Assembly: GCA_041690595.1 (NCBI GenBank)
Contig: JAWLHB010000011.1
Span: 1 to 64,000 of the forward strand
DNA: 64,000 bases
Source of the DNA: Lentisphaeria bacterium
GTDB taxonomy: Bacteria; Verrucomicrobiota; Lentisphaeria; JABSQK01; JAWLHB01
Direction of reading: 5' to 3'
The notes under the pieces are model-generated. The model ran no database searches and was not told the DNA's origin. It saw only the letters and a program-made list of their open reading frames with translations. Positions 57,636 to 64,000 of this stretch are shown here, one piece after another (the stretch's first letter is position 1; the number at the start of each line of letters is the position of its first letter). Made by a program: the position numbers and the translations under genes.

Positions 57636-58088
57636 TCACGCGTCAGGTGGCTGGAACCGTTGGGGCGGAGCATTGTAGCCGCATCGCTGGCAGCGGAGGT
57701 GGTCCGCCTGGCTGGGACGCAGCCGAAAGAGGCCGAAGAGCAGATCGACAAGGGATTCGAGAAAACCTGTACGACCATGCATGAGGCGTACATGATAACT
57801 GCCGCAACGTGGACAGCAATGCTGGTCGAGCCGTAGCAGGTGGCGCAGCCCCGCGTCTTCCTCCACCAGATCGCGAAAGCGCGGGATATCGTCTTCATGC
57901 ATCATCACCTTGACGGCGCAGACGCCGCCAACGCCGCCAAGAGCGCTGGCAAAGCCATCGACGAGGCAGACGCGCAGCCCCTCATGCTGGAGGCGCGAAA
58001 GGAGGAGGTCCCCTTCATGTGGGGTCATGCAGACGGCGACGGTCTTCATCCAGGCGCCCGGGGCTTGTCTATTGTTCAAGTGAGGCAA
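57636..58088 (-). CDS. DUF2007-like protein with zinc-ribbon (start may be ATG 58049)
   Basis: EGDLLLSRLQHEGL..VKVMMHEDD, then CPRCGS ... CQRCG flanking a hydrophobic segment. Confidence 0.7.
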   Translation of the reverse strand: MPHLNNRQAPGAWMKTVAVCMTPHEGDLLLSRLQHEGLRVCLVDGFASALGGVGGVCAVKVMMHEDDIPRFRDLVEEDAGLRHLLRLDQHCCPRCGSYHVRLMHGRTGFLESLVDLLFGLFRLRPSQADHLRCQRCGYNAPPQRFQPPDA

Positions 58089-58151
58089 TAGTGGCTACTA
58101 TAAAGCCACTTTCCCTTTCTGTATCGTGATCTGCCATAAAGGAGTCGCCTC

Positions 58152-59474
58152 ATGCTTGCTGGAGCCGCATATATCGACATCACGCCGCCCTTGGGAACCG
58201 CCATCCAGGGAGCATCGGTCGCCAATTGCGCCGAGCGTGTGCGCGATCCTCTTGAAGCGAACGCGCTCTATCTGGAGCAGGGTGAGACCCGCCTGCTGCT
58301 GATCAACGTGGATGTGGTCGGGCTCGATTCCGCGGTGGTGGCTGAATTCCGGCGGCGACTTGCATCGACAACCGGTCTGGCTGAAGACGCCATCATCATT
58401 GCCGCCACCCACACGCACACTGGTCCGGTTGTCCTGTGGACAAATTACCGCAAGCCGGTGAACGCGGCTTTTCGCGACCAACTCGGTGGACAGCTTGAAC
58501 AGGTCGCGGCCGTGGCCATGGCGCAGGCCCGGCCGGCCGCCCTGCGTGGCGGTCGCGGTGTGACGCGTATCGGTTACAACCGTCGCTGTTGCTGGGCGGA
58601 CGGCACCCACACCATGCACGGCAATCCTGCGTTACCCACCTTCACTGGCCTGGAGGGAGTTGACGACCCGGAGCATACGGCCCTCTTTCTCGAGGCCGAA
58701 GGTGGGCAGTTGCTGGCGATTCTTCATCATAATACCTCCCATCCGACCAGCTTCTATGGCTGCAGCTTCTTCTCGGCGGATTTTCCGGGTGCTGCCCGCG
58801 GCTATCTGAGGGAGGTCTGCGGCCCAATCGCCGTGCTATATCTGAACGGGGCTTTTGGCGACATCAGCCTGGGCAATCAGCATGGTTCCGGCCCCAGGAG
58901 CGGCGAGGCGGCCATGCTCCGGGCCGCGCACCTGATGGCGGGCGAGACGCTTCGGCTTTATCACGATAGCACTGTGGCGATTGCCGATCCGGAACTGGCG
59001 CATCTGATGACAACCGTCGAGCTGCCGATCCGGCTCCCCGAAGCTGCGCACCTGGAATGGGCGCGGCAGCTCCTTGAGCGCGAAGACGCGGGAGAGACCA
59101 TCGACAGCTGGCAGTTGCTGCGCGCCCATGGCGCTGTCTATCTCCGGGATGACTTCGGCGAGCAGGCTACCGACACGCTACGCCTGCATGCCTGGCGCCT
59201 GGGAGAATTTGCCTTCCTGTCGCAGCCGCTCGAACTCTTTTGCCAGTTTGGCCTCGACATCAAGCGTCGCAGCCCATTTGCCATTACCTCGGTCGTTGGC
59301 ATCGCGGACGGATACCACGGGTATTGCCCCACTGTCTATGGTGCGCTTGGCGGCGGCTATTCTGGGGAACCGATTTGGTGGACGCGATTCACTGCGGATG
59401 CCGGCTATCGCCTGGTGGACAAGGCCGCTGACCTTCTCCGGCAGCTCAAGGCCGCTGCGCCTGATCGTAATTGA
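58152..59474 (+). CDS. Neutral/alkaline ceramidase-like hydrolase
   Basis: DITPPLG, RDPLEANAL, AATHTHTGP, NRR, HPT, SADFPG and GAFGDI. Confidence 0.78.
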   Translation: MLAGAAYIDITPPLGTAIQGASVANCAERVRDPLEANALYLEQGETRLLLINVDVVGLDSAVVAEFRRRLASTTGLAEDAIIIAATHTHTGPVVLWTNYRKPVNAAFRDQLGGQLEQVAAVAMAQARPAALRGGRGVTRIGYNRRCCWADGTHTMHGNPALPTFTGLEGVDDPEHTALFLEAEGGQLLAILHHNTSHPTSFYGCSFFSADFPGAARGYLREVCGPIAVLYLNGAFGDISLGNQHGSGPRSGEAAMLRAAHLMAGETLRLYHDSTVAIADPELAHLMTTVELPIRLPEAAHLEWARQLLEREDAGETIDSWQLLRAHGAVYLRDDFGEQATDTLRLHAWRLGEFAFLSQPLELFCQFGLDIKRRSPFAITSVVGIADGYHGYCPTVYGALGGGYSGEPIWWTRFTADAGYRLVDKAADLLRQLKAAAPDRN

Positions 59475-60627
59475 GGGCGATGAGGCAGAAGGCGAGGATG
59501 GCGTTGGGGATCGCCTCGTCATTGAAGTCGAAGAATGGGCTGTGCAGGCCGGGTTGCTCTTCGCCGAGGCCGAGCCAGAACATGGCGCCCGCGCGGTTCT
59601 GGAGGTAGAAGGCGAAATCCTCGGAGACCATCGTCGGCCCCGGCTCATCATGCCAGCTGTCGTCGCCAATATGGCGGCGCACCAGGTCGCGGAGGTAGGA
59701 GACCGATTCTTCGCTATTGATAAGCGGGAGATCGTACTTGCGCTTGTAGTCCACGTGCGCCTGGACGCCATGCAGGGCGGCAATCTCGTGGGCCAGATGG
59801 CGCATGCGTGACTCGATCTGATCGCCGAAGCCGGCTTCCAGAAAGCGGGTGGTGCCCGAAAGGCTGGCCGAGTCGGGAATGACGTTGGGGGCTTCACCAG
59901 CTTTCACGCAGCAGATCGAGGCGACACTGCCGTTCTCCGTCTGCAATTCGACATGGAGTTTTGCCATCGCCTGCACAAATGCGGCGGCGGCGGGAATCGG
60001 GCTGAGAGCGCGCTCCGGCATGGCGCCGTGACCACCCTGGCCAGTAAAGGTCACCTCGAAGAAATCGGATGCGGCGAGCATGGCGCCGGGCATACTGCTG
60101 ATGGAGCCGGTCGGTCGACCGGGACCGCCGTGAAGGGCAAAGGCAGCCTCGGCGCCATCACATGCTCCCTTGGCCACCAGATCTCTGCCGCCCACCACCA
60201 TCTCCTCACCAGGTTGAAAGACAAAGCGCACATGTACCGGCAGGTGCTGGCGAAGCTGGTCGAGGACTGTGGCGACACCCGTCATGATGGCCATGTGCCC
60301 GTCATGGCCGCAAGCATGCATCATGCCCGGAATGTGTGACTTGTGCGGGACGGAGGTCTGCTCGATGATCGGGAGGGCGTCAATATCGGCGCGCAGGACG
60401 ATGCAGCGATCGCTGGCGCCGGGAAGCTCGCCGATCAGATCGGTGCCGAGGAGGGGCTGGCGAAAGTCGATAGTGGTATTCTGCAGAGCCTGGACCAGTT
60501 GGCGGCGGGTCTCGAACTCCTGAAAATGCAGCTCGGGGTGCGTGTGCAACAGGTGGCGCAACCGGGTAACAGCTGGGACAACGTCGGCAATGCGTTGTTT
60601 GAGTTCAGTGAATAACTCGGGACTCAT
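59446..60627 (-). CDS. M20D-family amidohydrolase
   Basis: HTHPELHFQE, LRADIDALP, MHACGHDGH, FQPGEE, GGHGAMP, SEDF and LHSPFF. Confidence 0.94.
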   Translation of the reverse strand: MSPELFTELKQRIADVVPAVTRLRHLLHTHPELHFQEFETRRQLVQALQNTTIDFRQPLLGTDLIGELPGASDRCIVLRADIDALPIIEQTSVPHKSHIPGMMHACGHDGHMAIMTGVATVLDQLRQHLPVHVRFVFQPGEEMVVGGRDLVAKGACDGAEAAFALHGGPGRPTGSISSMPGAMLAASDFFEVTFTGQGGHGAMPERALSPIPAAAAFVQAMAKLHVELQTENGSVASICCVKAGEAPNVIPDSASLSGTTRFLEAGFGDQIESRMRHLAHEIAALHGVQAHVDYKRKYDLPLINSEESVSYLRDLVRRHIGDDSWHDEPGPTMVSEDFAFYLQNRAGAMFWLGLGEEQPGLHSPFFDFNDEAIPNAILAFCLIALNYDQAQRP

Positions 60628-60885
60628 GGGTCTTCTCCATTGGGTGATGTCAGAGAGGCTGGCGCCAGAGAATATACCCCTGATCTCTGGCAATCAACCT
60701 TGATTGACGGATTGAAAGGTGAGTACTGTGCGGCGCGAGTCTTTCCGCATAATCGCATGGAGGTCCACGCCGAAGTCCGATACGGATGCAAGTATCCACT
60801 GCATAGGAGCAGGTAGGATGGTACGGATCGGCCCGCTTTGCCGCCCGCAAGCGCCTCAACTCGCGACGGGAGCATTGTGGATACT

Positions 60886-61124
60886 GCCTCAACCTGGGGA
60901 CAGGTGCCTCAACCTGGGGACAGGTACTTCTCGCCTCAACCTGAGGACAGGTACTTCTCGCCTCAACCTGAGGACAGGTACTTCTCGCCTCAACCTGAGG
61001 ACAGGTACTTCTCGCCTCAACCTGAGGACGTCACAACTTGGGGACAGGTCCATTTCCACTCGCCGCGCACCTTCCCGGGCAAACCAGTCATTAGGGCTCC
61101 TCGCCCCTGGGGACAGGTACTTCT
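60886..61124. repeat. Intergenic tandem repeat, 27-bp unit GCCTCAACCTG(G/A)GGACAGGTACTTCTC
   Basis: One 20-bp truncated unit (60886), four full units (60906, 60933, 60960, 60987), a partial unit (61014), and dispersed GGGGACAGGT copies near 61040 and 61106-61124. Confidence 0.95.
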
Positions 61125-61359
61125 GCCCTTTTCGCAAGAAGTCGTCAAGAAAATCATTCATAAGCCCTTGCCCGTGCCCGCGCCGACCACTCTGTTAAGC
61201 TCAATTCCACTTTTCCGAACCGCGATTGCCCTTTACGTTGCCCCTTGCCCCAAAATCCTCGGTCAAAACCTCGGTCCCGGAACGTCCGTCCACCGCCGCA
61301 TCGGTCTCCTCACCGTGCCGACACTTGTGGTGAGGCGCAATACCACGGGACTTTTGTTC

Positions 61360-61388
61360 TTGACGAATGCGAACGCGAAGTGTAGGGT
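61360..61388 (+). promoter_or_regulatory. Putative sigma70 promoter for the ABC exporter genes
   Basis: TTGACG-17 bp-TAGGGT, 23 bp upstream of ATG 61412. Confidence 0.5.
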
Positions 61389-61411
61389 TCGCCCACGGAA
61401 TAGGGAGATCG

Positions 61412-63172
61412 ATGGCAGCGCGACGACAACAGATTATGGAGCTTCTACACCCCTACCGCAAGCAGCTTCTGCTGGGGCTGATCCTGACGGGACTGCTGAC
61501 GGTGATCGGGATGATGCCGCCGCTCTTGATGCGCCATCTGCTCAACGATGTGGCCCGCGACGGCAACTGGGGCATCTTCCCGCTGATCATCGGGCTGCTG
61601 GTCGCCGTGCCGGTCCTGCGGGCTGCGGTCAACCTCGGCACCAGCGTCGCGCTCAATGTGGCGAATCGGCGCATCATCGGGGACATTCGCAAGCGGATCT
61701 TCGCGCATCTCATGCGCCTCTCGATGCCCTATTTCGACTCCACCCCGCCGGGCGCGATCAACCAGCGAATCATGGGCGACGTGGGCATGATCGCGACGCT
61801 GGTGACGGGCGGGCTGATCAGCGTGCTGGCGGACCTGGTGGCCGTCTGCTTCGCCGTTATTGTGATGCTCAAGCTCAGCTTCCCCCTCTCGGGGCTGACC
61901 TTTCTCCTCCTGCCGCTCTATTACCTCAACTACCGCTATTTCAGCAAGCGTATCCAGGAAAATACGATGGTGTTGCGGTCGCGCATGGACCATATCTCGT
62001 CGATGCTCCAAGAGCGGCTGAGCGCGCACGAGATGATCCAGTCGTATGGTCAGGAGAAAGCCGAGTCGACGGCGTTTTCCTCGCAGGCGAAGCAGATCAT
62101 GGACGCGGCCGTCAAGGGTTCTGCCTACAGCATCTCGTTCAATCAGCTTTCGGCCTTCATCAACAAGCTTGGAAACACGCTGATCTATGTGGGTGGGTGC
62201 TGGTTGTTCATTCGCGGGTCGATGGAGTATGGCGATGTGGTGGCCTTCGGCGCGTATGCGACGCAGTTGCTCGGGCCGGTGGTGCGCTTTTCGGGGGTGG
62301 CCAACCAGTTGGTGCAGGCGGGCGTTTCCATCGACCGCGTGGACGAGATTCTGCACCAGAAGGCGGCGATCGCCCACAATCCGGATGGGTTGCCCGTTGC
62401 TGCCCTCCAAGGGGATGTGGAGATCCGGGGGCTGCGCTTCCACTATGAGAAGGGCAAAGTAGTGCTGGATGGCGTCGGGCTGAAGGTCCCAGCGGGGACG
62501 CATATCGCCATCGCCGGCACGCCTGGTTCTGGCCGCAGTACCCTGGCGATGATGTTGCGCCGCTTCTACGATCCGCGGGAGGGCGAAATCCGCATCGACG
62601 ATAAGGACATCCGTGAGTATCGCATTCGCGAGTATCGCCGCGCCTTTGCCATGGTCATGCCGGAGTCCGCCATCTTCGACGGCACCATTCGCAATAACCT
62701 CTGCTACGGTAAGCCCGATGCCACGGAGGAGCGCATGCTCGAAGTCTCCCGCGCTGTCGGCTTGCATCGCTTCGTCGAGAGCCTCGCGGACGGCTACGAC
62801 TCACGGCTGGGCTCCGGGGGCCTGCAGCTCTCAGGCGGCGACCGGCAGCGTATCGGCATCGCGCGGGCGTTGCTGGCTGACCCGCAAATCCTCATCCTCG
62901 ATGACGCCACCGCCACGTTCGATCCCGAGTCGGCGGCGGAGATTCAGAAAGCGATCGAGCAGGCCATGGAGGGCCGTACCTGCCTGACCATTATCCACAG
63001 CCTCCTCCTCGCCAAGGATGCCGAAGGCGTCGCCGTCATGGATGCGGGCAAGGTGGTGGAGCAGGGGGATCACGACGAGCTGCTCAGCTGGAAGGGAAGT
63101 CTGTATCGCAAGCTCTTTGCCAGTCAGTACGGTGATGACCGCCTGCCCCCGGCCAAGCCGAGGAAGCCCTGA
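61412..63172 (+). CDS. ABC exporter half-transporter (TMD+NBD) with degenerate nucleotide-binding motifs
   Basis: Six-TM TMD. Walker A GTPGSGRST, signature LSGGDRQR, Walker B ILILDDATA. Confidence 0.92.
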   Translation: MAARRQQIMELLHPYRKQLLLGLILTGLLTVIGMMPPLLMRHLLNDVARDGNWGIFPLIIGLLVAVPVLRAAVNLGTSVALNVANRRIIGDIRKRIFAHLMRLSMPYFDSTPPGAINQRIMGDVGMIATLVTGGLISVLADLVAVCFAVIVMLKLSFPLSGLTFLLLPLYYLNYRYFSKRIQENTMVLRSRMDHISSMLQERLSAHEMIQSYGQEKAESTAFSSQAKQIMDAAVKGSAYSISFNQLSAFINKLGNTLIYVGGCWLFIRGSMEYGDVVAFGAYATQLLGPVVRFSGVANQLVQAGVSIDRVDEILHQKAAIAHNPDGLPVAALQGDVEIRGLRFHYEKGKVVLDGVGLKVPAGTHIAIAGTPGSGRSTLAMMLRRFYDPREGEIRIDDKDIREYRIREYRRAFAMVMPESAIFDGTIRNNLCYGKPDATEERMLEVSRAVGLHRFVESLADGYDSRLGSGGLQLSGGDRQRIGIARALLADPQILILDDATATFDPESAAEIQKAIEQAMEGRTCLTIIHSLLLAKDAEGVAVMDAGKVVEQGDHDELLSWKGSLYRKLFASQYGDDRLPPAKPRKP

Positions 63173-64000
63173 TGCAGATGGTCTGGCGCCTCATCCGAAC
63201 GCAGCTCAAGCCGTATACGCGCCAGCTCATCCTGCGCGTAGTCATTGCGGCGATCATCGCCTCCTCCCCGTATGCCTTCAGCTTTCTGGGCAAGTGGCTG
63301 GTCGACAGCGCGCTGCAGGTCACGGGACCACCCAAGGCCCAGGTGGTGGCCGACACGGCGACTGGTACCCAAGCCGACACCCAAGCCGACTTCGTCACTG
63401 GCGAGGACGGGCAGTCGGCGGACGGGGCTGACCCCGAGGTGCGGCAAGCGGCACCCCTCGGCATTGAATGGAAGGCGCGCACCGCCGAAGAGAAGACGCG
63501 CCTCCTGCTAATCTTCCTGGCGATCAGTCTGGGCATTCACCTCGGCATCACGGCGTTGAGCGGCTGGAGCGAATACCTCAACTCCAAGACCGTGCAGGAA
63601 ATGACCTACGGGCTGCGCAGCTCCGTCAATGAGAAGCTCGCCACCGCCGATCGCAGCATCGTCTCCCGCGAACAGACGGGGCAGCTGATGACCCGCGTCA
63701 TGGACGATGCCGCGGGCATTCCGGGCAACCTGACCAACCTCGTCATCAACATCTGCACCCAGATCATGATGCTCATTCTGGGGCTCATGCTGTTGCTGCG
63801 CCTCGATCCCGCCATGACCTGGGTGGCCGTTCTGGCGCTGCCGTTCTACGCCGTGGCCTGCATCTACTGGTTGCCGCGCCTGCGCACCAACACCAATCGG
63901 ATGCGCGACAGCGGGGCAGCCCTCAATGGCCACCTCATCGAGCGGCTCACCCATGTCGCCACCATCAAGAACTACGCCCAGGAAGAGGCGGAGATCGAAC
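63172..64000 (+). CDS. Second ABC exporter half-transporter (partial, runs off the window)
   Basis: ATG overlaps the previous stop (TGATG). MQMVWRLIRTQLKPY..., LRSSVNEKL...QTGQLMTRVMDDA TMD motifs. Open to the window end. Confidence 0.88.
   Translation, partial: MQMVWRLIRTQLKPYTRQLILRVVIAAIIASSPYAFSFLGKWLVDSALQVTGPPKAQVVADTATGTQADTQADFVTGEDGQSADGADPEVRQAAPLGIEWKARTAEEKTRLLLIFLAISLGIHLGITALSGWSEYLNSKTVQEMTYGLRSSVNEKLATADRSIVSREQTGQLMTRVMDDAAGIPGNLTNLVINICTQIMMLILGLMLLLRLDPAMTWVAVLALPFYAVACIYWLPRLRTNTNRMRDSGAALNGHLIERLTHVATIKNYAQEEAEIE

Noticed and set aside
60886..61124. CRISPR array
   Set aside because: Units are head-to-tail with no unique spacers, and there are no cas genes in the window.
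60838..62448. 536 aa ORF containing PQPEDRYFS repeats as a RiPP-like precursor
   Set aside because: TTG start without an RBS, runs out of frame over the ABC transporter gene, and no modifying enzymes nearby. Most likely a shadow ORF.
1..64000. tRNA or rRNA genes
   Set aside because: No cloverleaf/T-loop (GTTCGA) context or rRNA-like sequence was recognised in the intergenic regions by eye.

Overview
GC-rich bacterial chromosome segment, most likely PVC superphylum (Lentisphaerae/Verrucomicrobia-like). This is inferred from a DUF1559/H-X9-DG pilin-like protein, OmcB-like proteins and a prepilin peptidase carrying an insertion. From left to right: (i) the left end of an IS66-family element (1-150); (ii) a LacI-controlled glycan catabolism cluster (pilin-like protein, sulfatase, GH95-like glycosidase, UroD/MtaA-like protein); (iii) housekeeping genes (leuA, yicC, rluA, prepilin peptidase, coiled-coil protein, two unannotated small proteins, lipoate ligase); (iv) a ~35 kb envelope/exopolysaccharide island (14.9-49.7 kb); (v) a yqjDEK-like trio, hrpB, a catalytically dead M48 homologue, an AlbA_2 protein, slyD, a ceramidase-like protein and an M20 amidohydrolase; (vi) a 27-bp tandem repeat and a heterodimeric ABC exporter cut by the window edge. 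The island combines a PAPS-synthesis operon (cysC-cysD-cysN plus GT-C and GT2), a REC-GAF-GGDEF-REC-HD-GYP c-di-GMP enzyme, and a Wzx/Wzy pathway with two sulfotransferases of different families, a deacetylase, a FemAB-like acyltransferase and an HPr-kinase-like protein. It also has a priming glycosyltransferase fused to a PilZ-like domain and two Chlamydia-OmcB-like surface proteins, one fused to OmpA-like and FGE/C-type-lectin domains. Best candidate for an undescribed system: a c-di-GMP-gated sulfated exopolysaccharide pathway coupled to an OmcB-like surface scaffold. All calls come from motif recognition by eye; no searches were run.
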